From NCBI RefSeq assembly GCF_964194025.1, contig NC_134477.1, positions 37,324,001 through 37,388,000 on the forward strand: 64,000 bases of DNA, read 5' to 3'. The DNA is from Convolutriloba macropyga. Its lineage: Eukaryota. Of this stretch, positions 48,843-64,000 are shown in pieces. The translations under genes and the position numbers were made by a program. The notes below the pieces were generated by a model. That model did no database searches and was not told the DNA's origin. It saw only the letters and a list, made by a program, of their open reading frames with translations. Every line of letters begins with the position of its first letter. Within the stretch, counting starts at the first letter, position 1.

Positions 48843-51800
48843 CTGAAAGTCAATTTCTATATGTAAGTTATAACCGAAGTATTAAAAATAACATCTCTCA
48901 CATAGTAGCAAATAGTTTTTGCTTCCATAACCGTTTTGTTAAAAAAAGGTTTTTGAATATGAAAACGTCAATTTTTATATGTAGGATTTAACTGGAATAA
49001 CAAAAATCACATCTATCATAACGTTACAAAAAGTTTTTGCATTCATAACCACATAGCAACAAAAGTTCTTTGACCGTGAAAAAGTCAACTTTTATAAGTA
49101 GGGTTGAACTTGGATAAAAAAAATCATATCTCTCATTTACTTACAAAAAGTTTTTGCTTTTATAACCATATGGTGAAAAATTTTCTAAAACGTAAAATAG
49201 TCATTTTTGATATGTAGGATTTGACGGAAATTACAAAAATCACATCTATCATATACTTACAAAAAGTTTTTGCTTTCATATTAATATAATAAAAAAAGTT
49301 TTTGAGTGGAAAAAGTCACTTTTTATATGTAGGATTTAACTGGAATAACAGAAATCATATCTCTCATATAGTTACAAAGTTTTGGCTTTCTTAACTATAT
49401 AGTAAAAAAAAGTTTTTAAATGTTAAAAGGTCAATTTTTCTATGTAGGATTTGATGGAAATTGTAAAATCACATCTATAATATAATTACAAAATTTTTTG
49501 CTTTCGTAACCATACAGTAAAAAAAGGTTTTTGAGTGTGAAAAAGTCATTTTTATATGTAGCATTTAACTGGAACAACAAAAATCACATCTCTCATATTG
49601 TTACAAAAAATTTTTGCTCTCATAACCATATAGTAAAAAAAAAGTTTTTAAATGTTAAAAAGTCAATTTATATATGTAGGATTTAACTAAAGCAAAAATA
49701 TCACATCTCTCATATAGTTATAAAAAAAAGTTTTTTCTTTCAAAACTATATCGTAAAAAAATGTTTTGAATGTGAAAAAGTCAGTTTTATATGTAGGGCT
49801 TAACTTGAATAAGCAAAATCACATCTGTCGTATAACTAAAAATAGTTTTTGCTTTGATAAAAATTTAGTAAAAAAAGGTTTTTGAGTGTGAAGAAGACAA
49901 TTTTTATGTGTAGGACTTAACTGAAGTAAAAAAACTAAAATCTCTCATCTAGTTACAAAAAGTTTTGTCTTTCATAATCATAGAGTAAAAAAAGAGTTTT
50001 GAATGTGAAGAAGACAAATTTTATGTGTAGGATTTATCTGAAGTAAAAAAATAACGTCTCTCATATAGTTACAAAAAGTTTTTTTCTTTCATAACCATAT
50101 AGTAAAAAAAGGTTTTTAGATGTTAAAAATTCAATTTTTATATGTAGGACTTAACTGGAAAATGGAAAATAACATCTCTCGAATAGTTACAAGAACTTTT
50201 TCTTTCATATCCATATAGTAAAAAAGGTTTTTAATTTTATGAAAGTCAATTTTATATGTAGGGTTTAACTGGAATAAGAAAAATAACATCTCCTCGTATA
50301 ATAAAAAAAAAGTTTTTGCTTCCATAACCATATAGTAACAAAAGGTTTTTAAATGTTAAAAAGTCAAATTTTATATGTAGGACTTAACTGGAATATGAAA
50401 AATCATATCTCTCATATAGTTACAAGAAGAATTTTCTGTCATCACCATATAGTAAAAAGAATTTTTAAAATAAAAAAAAATGAGTTTCAATGTAGGAATA
50501 TGAAAAAACACATCTCTCATATAGTTACAAGAAACTTTTTCCTTCACAACCATATAGTAGAAAAAAGTTTTTAATTGTGAAAAAGTCAGTTTCATATGTA
50601 GGGTTCAACTGGAGTAAGGAAAATAACATCTCTCCTATAAATAAAAATTTTTTGCTTCCATAACCATATAGTAAAAATAGCTTTCCAAATGTTGAAAAGT
50701 CAATTTCAATATGTAGGACTTAAATGGAATATGAAAAATCACATCTCTCAAATAGTTACAAGAAGTTTTTTCGTTTATCACCATATAGTAAAAAATAGTT
50801 TTTAAATGTAAAAAAGTCAGTTTTATACGTTGGGTTTAACTGGAATAAGAAAAATAAAGTCTCTCGTATAATTAAAAAAAGTATTTGCTTCCATAACCAT
50901 ATAGTTAAAAAGCTTTTTAAATGTTAAGAATTCAATTTTTATATGTAGGATTTAACTGGAATATGAAAAATCACATCTCTCATATAGATAAAACAAGTTT
51001 TTTCTTTCATATCCATATAGTAAAAAAAGGTTTTAAAACGTTAAAAAGTCATTTTTTATATGTAGGATTTAACTGGAGTACGACAAAACACATCTCTCAT
51101 ATAGTTAAAAGAAGTTTTTTCTTTCATAACCATTTAGTAAATAATGGTTTTTAATTGTTAAAAAGTCAATTTTTAGATGAAGGACTTAACTGGAATATGA
51201 AAAATCATATCTCTCACATAGTTACAAGAAGTTTTTCTTTTCATATCCATATAGCAAAAAAAAATTTTTAAATGTGAATATGTCAGTTTTTATGTATGTT
51301 TTAACTGGAATAAGAATCATCTCTGGTATAGTTATAGAAGTTCCTGCTTTCATAACCATATAGTAAAAAAAGGTTTTTAAATGTTAAAAAGTCAATTTTT
51401 ATATGTAGGATTTAACTGAAGTAAAAAAAATCACATCTCTCATATAGTTGCAAAAAGTTTTTTCTACCATAACCATATAGTAAAAAAAATTTTTCAATGT
51501 GAAAAAGTCAGTTTTGTATGTGGGGCTTAATTGGAACACGAAAAATAACATCTATCGTATAATTAAAAAAATTTTTGCTTCCATAACCTTATAGTAAAAA
51601 AATGTTTTTAAATGCCAAATCCAATTTTTATATGTTTGATTTAACTGAAATAAAGAAAATCAACTCTCTCATATAGTTGCATAAAGTTTGTTTCTTTCAT
51701 AACCATATAGTAGAAAAAGTTTTTCAATGTGAAAAAGTCAGTTTTATATGTTGGGTTTAACTGGAATGAAAAAAATAATATCTCTTGTATAATTAAAAAT

Positions 51801-54800
51801 GAGTTTTCGATTCCATTACCACAAAATAAAGAAAGGTTTTTAAATGTTAAAAAGTCAATTTTTATTTGTAGAACTTAACTGGAACATGAAAAATCACATC
51901 TCTCATATAGTTACAAGAAGTTTTTTCTTTCATAACCATATACAAAAAAAGAGGTTTTTAAATGTGAAAAAATCAGTTTTATAAGTAGGGTTTAAATAGA
52001 ATAAGAGAAATAACATATCTCGTATAATTGAAAAATGCTTGCTTCCATGACCATATAGTAAAAAAGTTTATAAATATGAAAAAGTCAATTTTTATATGTA
52101 GGACTGAACTGGAAAATGAAAAATCACATCTCTCATATAGTTACAATAAGTTTTTTTCTTTCATATCCAAATAGTAAAAAAAGGTATTTAAATGTTAAAA
52201 AGTCAATTTTTATATGTAGGACCTAACTGGAGTATGACAAAACACATCTCTCATATAGTTACAAAAAGTTTTTTTCTTTCATATCCATATAGTAAAAAAT
52301 GGTTTTTATTTGTTAAAAAGTCAATTTTTAGATGAAGGACTTAACTGGAATATAAAAAAATCACACCTCTCATATAGTTACAAGAAGTTTTTTCTTTCAA
52401 ATCCATATAGTAAAAACAAGTTTTTAATTGTGAAAAAGTCAGTTTTATATGTAGGGTTTAACTGGAATAAGAAAAACAACATCTCTTGTGTAATTAAAAA
52501 AGTTTTTGCTTCTGTAACCATATAGTAAAAGGAGCTTTTTAAATGTTAGAAATTCAATTATGATATGTATGGCTTAACTGGAAAATGAAAAATCTTATCT
52601 CTCATAAGGTTACATGAAGTATTTTCTTTCATATTTATATAGTCAAAAAGGTTTTTAAATGTTAGAAAGTCAATTTTTATTTGAAGGACTTAACTGGAAT
52701 ATGAAAAATCACATCTCTCATATAGTTACAAGAAGATTTTTCTTCCATCACCATATACAAAAAAAGAGGTTTTTAAATGTGAAAAAATCAGTTTTATATG
52801 TAGGGTTTAAATAGAATAAGAGAAATAACATATCTCGTATAATTGAAAAATGCTTGCTTCCATGACCATATAGTAAAAAAGTTTATAAATATGAAAAAGT
52901 CAATTTTTATATGTAGGACTTAACTGGAAAATGAAAAATCACATCTCTCATATAGTTACAACAAGTTTTTTTCTTTCATATACATATAGTAAAAAAAAGG
53001 TATTTAAATGTTAAAAAGTCAATTTTTATATGTAGGACATAACTGGAGTATGACAAAACACATCTCTCATATAGTTACAACAAGTTTTTTTCTTTCATAT
53101 CCATATAGTAAAAAGAAGTTTTTAATTGTGAAAAAGTCAGTTTTATATGTAGGGTTTAACTGGAATAAAAAAATAACATCTCTTGTGTAATTAAAAAAGT
53201 TTTTGCTTCCGTAACCATATAGTAAAAGGAGCTTTTCAAATGTTAAAAATGCAATGATGATATGTATGACTTAACTGGAAAATGAAAAGTCTTATCTCTC
53301 ATAAGGTTACATGAAGTATTTTCTTTCATATTTATATAGTCAAAAAAGTTTTTAAATGTTAAAAAGTCAATTTTTATATGTAGGACTTAACTGGAATATG
53401 AAAAATCACATCTCTCATATAGTTACAAGAAGATTTTTTTTCATCACCATATAGTAAAAAAAGGTTTTTAAATGTATAAAAGTCAGTTTTATATGTAGGA
53501 ATATGAAAAAACACATCTCTCATATAGTTACAAGAAGTTTTTTCCTTCTTAACCATACAGTAGAAAGAAGTTTTTAATAGTGAAAAAGTCAGTTTCATAT
53601 GTAGGGTTCAACTGGAGTAAGAAAAATAACATCTCTCGTATAAATAAAAAAAGTGTTTGCCTCCATAACCATATAGTAAAAAAGGTTTATAAATGTGAAA
53701 AGTCATTTTTTTGTATGTAGGATTTAATGGATGTTATATAAATCACATCTCTCATATAATTACAAAAAGTTTTTGCCTTCATATCCATATAGTAAAAAAA
53801 TGTTTTTAAATGTTAAAAAGTCAATTTTGGTATGTAGGGTTTCACTGGAATAAGTAAAATCAAATCTGTCGTATAATTAAAAAAAGTTTTTGTTTTCTTA
53901 ATCATAAAGAAAAAAAAGGTTTTTGAGTGTGAAAAAGTCAATTTTTATGCATAGGATATAACTGAAGCAAAAAACCACATCTTTCATATAGTTATAAAAA
54001 AGTTTTTTCTTTCTTAACCATATCGTAAAAAGAAGTTTTTAATTGTGAAAAAGTCAGTTTCATATGAAGGGTTCAACTGAAGTAAGAAAAATAACATCTC
54101 TCGTACAAATAAAAAAAACTTTTTTGCATCCATAACAATATAGTAAAAATAGCTTTCCAAATGTTGAAAAGTCATTTTCAATATGTAGGACTTAACTGGA
54201 ATATGAAAAATCACATCTCTCAAACAGTTACAAGAAATTTTTCCGTTCATCACCATATAGTAAAAAGAAGTTTTTAAATGTAAAAAAGTCAGTTTTATAG
54301 GTAGAGTTTAACTGGAATAAGAAAATTACCTTCTCTCGTATAATTAAAAAACATTTTTGCTTTTATAACCATATAGTATAAAAAATTTTTAAATGTTAAA
54401 AAGTCAATTTTTTTATGTAGGATTTAACTGAAGTAAAGAAAGTCACATCTCTCATATAGTTGCATAAATTTTTTTTCTTTCATAACCATATAGTAAAAAA
54501 AAGTTTTTCAATGTGAAAAAGTCGGTTTTATATGTTGGGTTTAACTGGAATAAGAAAAGTAACATCTCTTGTATAATTAAAAATAAGTTTTCGCTTCCAT
54601 TACCATAAAGTAAAAGAAAGTTTTTTAGGTTTTTAATTATTATAAAGTCAACTTTTATATGTAGAACTTGACTGGAATATGAAAAATCACAAATCTCATA
54701 TAGTAACAAGAAGTTTTTTTATAGTAAAAAAAGGTTTTTAAAGATTAAAAAGTTTTATTTTTAGAGTTTAACTGGAATAAGAAAAATAACAACTCTTGTA

Positions 54801-57800
54801 TAATTAGAAAATGTTTTTGCTTCCATAACCATATAGTAAAAAAAGCTTTTTAATTGTTAAAAATTCCATTTTTATATGTAGGACTTTACTGGAATATGGA
54901 AAATCACATCTCTCATATATTTACAAGAAGCTTTTCTTCATAACCATATAGTAAAAAGAAGTTTCTAAATGTAAATAAGTCAGTTATATATGTAGGGTTT
55001 AACTGGAATAGGGAAGAAACATCTCTAGTGTAATTAAAAAAGTTTTTGCTTCCATAACCATATAGTAAAAAGAGCTTTTTAAATGTTAAATTTTGAGTTT
55101 TTATATGTAGGGTTTAACTGGAAAATGAAAAATCTTATCTCTCTATAATTTATAGGAAGTGTTTTAATTCATATTTATATAGTCAAAAAGGTTTTTAAAT
55201 GTTAAAAATCAATTTTTATTTGTAGGTGTTAACTGGAATATGAAAAATCACCTCTCTCATATAGTTACAAGAAATTTTTTCTGTCATAAACATATAGTCA
55301 AAAGAATTTTTCAAATGTGAGAAAGTCAGTTTTATATGTAGTATTTAACTGGACTAAGAAAAATCACACCTCTCATCTGGTTACAAAAAGTTACTGCTTT
55401 CATAACCATATAGTAATAAAAAGGTTTATAAATGTAAAAAAGTCAGTTTTTTATATGTAGGAGTTAATGGATGTTATATAAATCACATCTCTCATATAAT
55501 TACGAAAAGTTCTTGCCTTCATATCCGTATAGTAAAAAAGGTTTTTAAATGTTAAAAAGTCAATTTTTGTATGTAGGGTTTAAATGGAATAAGTAAAATC
55601 AAATCGGTCGTATAGTTAAAAAAAGTTTTTCTTTTCATAATCATATAGTAAAAAAATGTTTTTGAATGTGAAAAAGTCAATTTTTATGTGTAGGATTTAA
55701 CTGAAGTAAAAAAAACCACATCTCTCATATAGTTATAAAAAAGGTTTTTCCTTCATAACCATATCGTAAAAAAATGTTTTTGAATGTGAAAAAGTCGGTT
55801 TTATATGTAGGGTGTAACTGGAATAAGAAAAAAACATCTCTCGTATAATTAAAAAAGTTTTTGCTTCAACAACCAAATAATAAAAAAAGGTTTTTGAATG
55901 TTAAAAATTCAATTTTTATATGTAGGACTTAACTGAAAAATGAAAAATCACATCTCTCATATAGTTGCAACAAGTTTTTTTCTTTCATATCCATATTGTA
56001 AAAAAAAAGGTTTTCAAATGTTGAAAAGTCAATTTTTTTATGTAGGACTTAACTGGAGTATGAAAAAACAAATCTCTCATATAGTTACGAGAAGGTTTTT
56101 CTTTCATAACCATATAGTAAAAAGAAGTTTTTAAATGAAAAAAAGTCAGTTTCATATGTAGGGTTTAACTGGAATAAGAAAAATAACATCTCTCGTATAA
56201 TTAAAGAACGTTTGCTTCCATAAGCATATAGTAAAAAAAGTTTATAAATGTGAAAAAATCAATTTTTATATGTAGTACTTAACTGGAATATGAAAAATCA
56301 CGTCTCTCATATAGTTATAAGACGTTTTTTCTTCCATATCCATATAGTAAAAAGAAGTTTTTAATTGTGAAAAAGTCAGTTTTATATGTAGGGTTTAACT
56401 GGAATAAGAAAAACAACATCTCTTGTATAATTAAAAATAAGTTTTCGCTTCCATTACCATAAAGTAAAAGAAAGTTTTTTAGGTTTTTAAATGTTATAAA
56501 GTCAACTTTTATATGGAGAACTTGACTGGAATATGAAAAATCACATACCTCATATAGTAACAAGAAGTTTTTTTTATAGTAAAAAAAGTTTTTTAAAGAC
56601 TAAAAGTCGGTTTTATTTTTAGAGTTTAACTGGAATAAGAAAAATAACAACTCTTGTATAATTAGAAAAAGTTTTTGCTTCCATAACCATATAGTAAAAA
56701 AGCTTTTTAATTGTTAAAAATTCCATTTTTATATGTAGGATTTTACTGGAATATGGAAAATCACATCTCTCATATTTTTACAAGAAGCTTTTTTATAACC
56801 ATATAGTAAAAAGAAGTTTCTAAATGTAAATAAGTCAGTTATATATGTAGGGTTTAACTGGAATAGGGAAGAAACATCTCTAGTGTAATTAAAAAAGTTT
56901 TTGCTTCCATAACCATATAGTAAAAAGAGCTCTTTAAATGTTAAATTTTGAGTTTTTATATGTAGGGTTTAACTGGAAAATGAAAAATCTTATCTCTCTT
57001 TAATTTATAAGAAGTATTTTAATTCATATTTATATAGTCAAAAAGGTTTTTAAATGTTAAAAAGTAAATTTTTATTTGTAGGTGTTAACTGGAATATGAA
57101 AAATCACCTCTCTCATATAGTTACAAGAAGTTTTTTCTGTCATAAACATATATTCAAAAGAATTTTTCAAACGTGAGAAAGTCAGTTTTATATGTAGTAT
57201 TTAACTGGACTAAGAAAAATCACACCTCTCATCTGGTTACAAAAAGTTACTGCTTTCATAACCATATAGTAAAAAAAGGTTTATAAATGTGAAAATGTCA
57301 ATTTTTTATATGTAGGATTTACTGGATGTTATATAAATCACATCTCTCATATAATTACGAAAAGTTCTTGCCTTCATATCCGTATAGTAAAAAAAGGTTT
57401 TTAAATGCTAAAAAGTCAATTTTTGTATGTAGGGTTTAAATGGAATAAGTAAAATCAAATTGGTCGTATAGTTAAAAAAATTTTTGTTTTCATAATCATA
57501 TAGTAAAAAAAGGTTTTTGAATGTGAAAAAGTCAATTTTTATGTGTAGGATTTAACTGAAGTAAAAAAACCACATCTCTCATATAGTTATAAAAAAAGTT
57601 TTCCTTCATAACCATATCGTAAAAAAATGTTTTTGAATGTGAAAAAGTCGGTTTTATATGTAGGGTGTAACTGGAATAAGAAAAAAACATCTCTCGTATA
57701 ATTAAAAAAGTTTTTGCTTCAACAACCAAATAATAAAAAAAAGGTTTTTGAATGTTAAAAATTCAATTTTTATATGTAGGATTTAACTGAAAAATGAAAA

Positions 57801-60800
57801 ATCACATCTCTCATATAGTTGCAACAAGTTTTTTTCTTTCATATCCATATTGTAAAAAAAGGTTTTCAAATGTTGAAAAGTCAATTTTTTTATGTAGGAC
57901 TTAACTGGAGTATGAAAAAACAAATCTCTCATATAGTTACAAGAAGTTTTTTCTTTCATAACCATATAGTAAAAAGAAGTTTTTAAATGAAAAAAAGTCA
58001 GTTTCATATGTAGGGTTTAACTGGAATAAGAAAAATAACATCTCTCGTATAATTAAAGAATGTTTGCTTCCGTAACCATATAGTAAAAAAAGTTTATAAA
58101 TGTGAAAAAATCAATTTTTATATGTAGTGCTTAACTGGAATATGAAAAATCACATCTCTCATATAGTTACAAGACGTTTTTTCTTTCATAACCATGTAGT
58201 AAAGAGAAGTTTTTAATTGTGAAAAAGTCAGTTTTACTTGTAGGATTTAACTGGAATAAGAAAAATAACATATCTCGTATAATTAAAAAATGTTTGCTTC
58301 CATAACCATATAGTAAAAAACGTTTATAAATGTGAAAAAGTCAATTTTTTTATGTAGGATTTGATGGAAGTTATATAAATCACATCTCTCATATAAATAA
58401 TTACAAATAGTGTTTGCCTTCATATCCATATAGTTAAAATTTTTTTAAATGCTAAAAAGTCAATTTTTATATGTAGGACTTAACTGGAAAATGAAAAATC
58501 ACATCTCTCATATAGTTACAACAAGTTTTTTTCTTTCATATCCATATAGTAAAAAAAAGGTACTTAAATGTTAAAAAGTCAATTTTTATATGTAGGATTT
58601 AACTGGAGTACGACAAAACACATCTCTCATATAGTTAAAAGAAGTTTTTTCTTTCATAACCATTTAGTAAAAAGAAGTTTTTAATTGTGAAAAAGTCAGT
58701 TTTATATGTAGGGTTTAACTGGAATAAGAAAAATAACATATCTCGTATAATTAAAGAATGTTTGCTTCCATAACCATGTTGTAAAAAAAGTTTATGAATG
58801 TGAAAATGTCAATTTTTTATAGGTAGGATTTGATGGAAATTATATAAATCACATCTCTCATTTAATTACAAAAAGTTTTTGCTTTCAAATCCATATATTA
58901 AAAAAGGTTTTTAAATGTTAAAAAGTCAATTTTTATCTGTAGGACTTAATTGGAATAAGAAAAATCACATCTTTCATTTAGTTACAACAAGTTTTTTTCT
59001 TTCATATCCATATAGTAAAAAATGGTTATTAATTGTTAAAAAGTCAATTTTTATATATAGGACTTAACTGGAATATGAGAAATTACATCTCTCATGTAAA
59101 TACAAGAAGTTTTTCTTTCTTAACCATATCGCAAAAAAATTGTTTTTTAATTTAAAAAAGTCAGTTTTATAGGTAGGGTGTAACTGGAATAAGAAAAATA
59201 AAGTCTCTCGTATAATTAAAAAAAGTATTTGCTTCCATAACCATATAGTTAAAAAGCTTTTTAAACGTTAAAAATTCAATTTTTTTATGTAGGACTTAAC
59301 TGGAATATGAAAAATCCCATCTCTCATATAGATACAACAATTTTTTTCTTTCATATCCATATAGTAAAAAATGTTTTTAAACGTTAAGAAGTCAACTTGT
59401 TTATGTAGGAATTAGCTGGAAAATGAAAAATCACATCTGTCATGTAAATACAAGAAGTTTTTCTTTCTTAACCATATCGCAAAAAAAAATGTTTTTTAAA
59501 TTAAAAAAGTCAGTTTTATATGTAGGGTGTAACTCAATTTTTATATGTAGGATTTGATAGAAGTTATATAAATCACATACATATAATCACTCTCATATAA
59601 TTACAAAAAATTTTTGCCTTCAGATCCATATAGTAAAAAATGTTTTTAAATGTTAAAAGTCAATTTTTATGTGTAGGACTTAAATGGAAAATGAAAAATC
59701 ACATCTCTCATATAGTTACAACAAGTTTTTTTCTTTCAAATCCATATAGTAAAAAAAGGTATTTAAATGTGAAAAAGTCAATTTTTATATGTAGGATTTA
59801 ACTGGAGTACGACAAAACACATCTCTCATATAGTTAAAAGAAGTTTTTTCTTTCATAACCATTTAGTAAAAAATGGTTTTTAATTGTTAAAAAGTCAATT
59901 TTTAGATGAAGGACTTAACTGGAATATGAAAAATCATATCTCTCACATAGTTACAAGAAGTTTTTTCTTTCATATCCATATAGTAAAAAGAAGTCTTTAA
60001 TTGTGAAAAAGTCAGTTTCATATGTAGGGTTTAACTGGAATAAGAAAAATAACATATCTCGTATAATTAAAGAATGTTTGCTTCCATAACCATATTGTAA
60101 AAAAAGTTTATGAATGTGAAAATGTCAATTTTTTATAGGTAGGATTTGATGGAAATTATATAAATCACATCTCTCATTTAATTACAAAAAGTTTTTGCTT
60201 GGGAATCCATATAGTAAAAAAGGTTTTTAAATGTTAAAAAGTCAATTTTTAAATGTAGGACTTAATTGGAATAAGAAAAATCACATCTTTCATTTAGTTA
60301 CAACAAGTTTCTTTCATATCCATATAGTAAAAAATGGTTTCATTTAGTTACAACAAGTTTCTTTCATATCCATATAGTAAAAAATGGTTTTTAATTGTTA
60401 AAAGTCACTTTTTATATGTAGGACTTAACTGGAATATGAAAAATTACATCTCTCATGTATATACAAGAAGTTTTTCTTTCTTAACCATATCGCAAAAAAA
60501 TGTTTTTTAAATTAAAAAAGTCAGTTTTATATGTAGGGTGTAACTGGAATAAGAAAAATAAAGTCTCTCGTATAATTAAAAAAAGTATTTGCTTCCATAA
60601 CCATATAGTTAAAAAGCATTTTAAATGTTAAAAATTCAATTTTTATATGTAGGACTTAACTGGAATATGAAAAATCACATCTCTCATATAGATACAACAA
60701 TTTTTTTCTTTCATATCCATATAGTAAAAAATGTTTTTAAACGTTAAGAAGTCAACTTGTTTATGTAGGAATTAGCTGGAAAATGAAAAATCACATCTGT

Positions 60801-63800
60801 CATGTAAATACAAGAAGTTTTTCTTTCTTAACCATATCGCAAAAAAAAATGTTTTTTAAATTAAAAAAGTCAGTTTTATATGTAGGGTGTAACTCAATTT
60901 TTATATGTAGGATTTGATAGAAGTTATATAAATCACATACATATAATCACTCTCATATAATTACAAAAAATTTTTGCCTTCAGATCCATATAGTAAAAAA
61001 TGTTTTTAAATGTTAAAAGTCAATTTTTATGTGTAGGACTTAAATGGAAAATGAAAAATCACATCTCTCATATAGTTACAACAAGTTTTTTTCTTTCAAA
61101 TCCATATAGTAAAAAAAGGTATTTAAATGTGAAAAAGTCAATTTTTATATGTAGGATTTAACTGGAGTACGACAAAACACATCTCTCATATAGTTAAAAG
61201 AAGTTTTTTCTTTCATAACCATTTAGTAAAAAATGGTTTTTAATTGTTAAAAAGTCAATTTTTAGATGAAGGACTTAACTGGAATATGAAAAATCATATC
61301 TCTCACATAGTTACAAGAATTTTTTTCTTTCATATCCATATAGTAAAAAGAAGTTTTTAATTGTGAAAAAGTCAGTTTCATATGTAGGGTTTAACTGGAA
61401 TAAGAAAAATAACATATCTCGTATAATTAAAGAATGTTTGCTTCCATAACCATATTCTAAAAAAAGTTTATGAATGTGAAAATGTCAATTTTTTATAGGT
61501 AGGATTTGATGGAAATTATATAAATCATATCTCTCATTTAATTTCAAAAAGTTTTTGCTTTCAAATCCATATAGTAAAAAAGGTTTTTAAATGTTAAAAA
61601 GTCATTTTTTATATGTAGGACTTAATTGGAATAAGAAAAATCACATCTTTCATTTAGTTACAACAAGTTTTTTTCTTTCAATTCCATATAGTAAAAAAAG
61701 GTATTTAAATGTTAAAAAGTCAATTTTTATATGTAGGATTTAACTGGAGTACGACAAAACACATCTCTCATATAGTTAAAAGAAGTTTTTTCTTTCATAA
61801 CCATTTAGTAAAAAATGGTTTTTAACTGTTAAAAAGTCAATTTTTAGATGAAGGACTAAACTGAAATATGAAAAATCATATCTCTCACATAATTACAAGG
61901 ATTTTTTTCATTCATATCCATATAGTAAAAAGAAGTTTTTAATTGTGAAAAAGTCAGTTTCATATGTAGGGTTTAACTGGAATAAAAAAAATAACATATC
62001 TCGTATAATTAAAGAATGTTTGCTTCCATAACCATATTGTAAAAAAAGTATATGAATGTGAAAATGTCAATTTTTTATAGGTAGGATTTGATGGAAATTA
62101 TATAAATTACATCTCTCATTTAATTACAAAAAGTTTTTGCTTTGGAATCCATATAGTAAAAAAGGTTTTTAAATGTTAAAAAGTCAATTTTTATATGTAG
62201 GACCTAATTGGAATGAGAAAAATCACATCTTTCATTTAGTTACAACAAGTTCTTTTCTTTCGTATCCATATAGTAAAAAATGGTTTTTAATTGTTAAAAA
62301 GTCAATTTTTATATATAGGACCTAACTGGAATATGAAAAATTACATCTCTCATGTAAATACAAGAAGTTTTTCTTTCTTAACCATATCGCAAAAAAAAAT
62401 GTTTTTTAAATTAAAAAAGTCAGTTTTATATGTAGGGTGTAACTGGAATAAGAAAAATAAAGTCTCTCCTCTAAGTATTTGCTTCCATAACCATATAGTT
62501 AAAAAGCATTTTAAATGTTAAAAATTCAATTTTTATATGTAGGACTTAACTGGAATATGAAAAATCACATCTCCCATATAGATACAACAAGGTATTTATG
62601 TAGGTTGTAACTGGAATAATAAAAATAAAGTCTCTCGTATAATTAAAAAAAGTATTTGCTTCCATAACCATATAGTTGAAAAGCTTTTTAAATGTTGAAA
62701 AGTCAATTTTATAAAGTAGGACTTAAATTGAAAATGAAAAATCACATCTCTCATATAGTTACAAGAAATTTTTTATTTCAATACCATATAGTAAAAATGG
62801 TTTTTAATTGTTAAAAAGTCAATTTTCATATGTAGGACCTAACTGGAATGAGAAAAATCACATCTTTCATTTAGTTACAACAAGTTCTTTTCTTTCGTAT
62901 CCATATAGTAAAAAATGGTTTCTAATTGTTAAAAAGTCAATTTTTATATATAGGACCTAACTGGAATATGAAAAATTACATCTCTCATGTAAATACAAGA
63001 AGTTTTTCTTTCTTAACCATATCGCAAAAAAATGTTTTTAAAATTAAATAAGTCAGTTTCATATGTAGGGTGTAACTTGAATAAGAAAAATAACATCTCT
63101 CGTATATTTAAAAAGATTATTTGCTTCCATAACCATAAAGTAAGAAAAGGTTTTTAAATGTTAAAAAGTCAATTTTTATATGTACTACTTAACTGGAATA
63201 TGAAAAATCACATCTCTCATATAGATACAACAAGTTTTTTCTTTCATATCCATCTAGTAAAAAAAGGTTTTTAAACGTTAAAAAGTCAATTTTTTTATGT
63301 AGGAATTAACTGGAAAATGAAAAATCACATCTCTCATGTAAATACAAGAAGTTTTTCTTTCTTAACCATATCGCAAAAAAATGTTTTTTAAATTTAAAAA
63401 GTCAGTTTTTTATGTAGGGTGTAACTGGAATAAGAAAAATAAAGTCTCTCGTATAATTAAAAAAAGAATTTGCTTCCATAACCATATAGTTAAAAAGCTT
63501 TTTAAATGTTAAAAATTCAATTTTTATATGGAGGACTTAACTGGAAAATGAAAAACCACATCTCTCATACAGTTACAAGACGTTTTTTCTTTCATAACCA
63601 TATAGTAAAAACAAGTTTTTAATTGTGAAAAAGTCAATTTTATGTGTAGAGTTTAACTGGAATAAGAAAATAACATATCTCGTATAATTAAAAAATGTTT
63701 GCTTCCATAACCATATAGTAAAAAACGTTTATCAATGTGAAAAAGTCAATTTTTTTATGTAGGATTTGATAGAAGTTATATAAATCACATCTCTCATATA

Positions 63801-64000
63801 ATTACAAAAAGTTTTTGCCTTCATATGCATATAGTAAAAAATGTTTTTAAATGCTAAAAAGTCAATTTTTATATGTAGGACTTAACTTGAAAATGAAAAA
63901 TCACATCTCTCATTTAGTTACAAGAAGTTTTTTCTTTCAATACCATATAGTAAAAAATGGATTTTAATTGTTAAAAAGTCAATTTTTACATGTAGGACCT
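48843..64000. repeat. AT-rich satellite, ~118-bp monomer, with higher-order repeats; continues beyond the window
   Basis: GTCA anchor at 52084, 52202, 52320, 52438; consensus AAAAAGTCAATTTTTATATGTAGGACTTAACTGGAATATGAAAAATCACATCTCTCATATAGTTAC... Confidence 0.98.

Noticed and set aside
50131-62521. Many 60-85 aa ORFs in the satellite
   Set aside because: Chance translations of the 118-bp monomer, F/K/Y-rich and present on both strands
48843-64000. CRISPR-like periodicity
   Set aside because: The whole monomer repeats; no unique spacers and no cas genes; eukaryotic context

Overview
Eukaryotic, AT-rich, repeat-dominated window, most likely from an invertebrate animal (GT-AG intron signals, animal-type transposons). 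No prokaryotic features were found and almost nothing is intact. From left to right: (1) 1-19.9 kb is a patchwork of nested tandem duplications carrying about 10 decayed copies of an SGNH/GDSL-hydrolase-like gene, a divergent unknown ORF and other spliced gene remnants. It is interrupted by an RTE-like LINE (7381-10370) with a candidate HDV-like ribozyme at its 5' end and an extra domain inside RT. (2) A full-length but inactivated BEL/Pao LTR retrotransposon (19992-28289, TSD CAGCT). (3) A BEN-like remnant and a Suv4-20-like SET-domain pseudogene that runs into a possible CACTA/CMC transposase N-terminus (28.3-31 kb). (4) A duplicated Gypsy gag-protease/CRE-LINE block whose second copy holds a full-length L2/CR1-group LINE (33401-37956). 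(5) A RING-H2 ORF, a non-autonomous CATAGC...GCTATG element, a CR1 3' fragment and a decayed Polinton/adintovirus protein-primed DNA polymerase. (6) More than 15 kb of ~118-bp satellite with higher-order repeats. All family calls come from motif recognition by eye; no database search was run.
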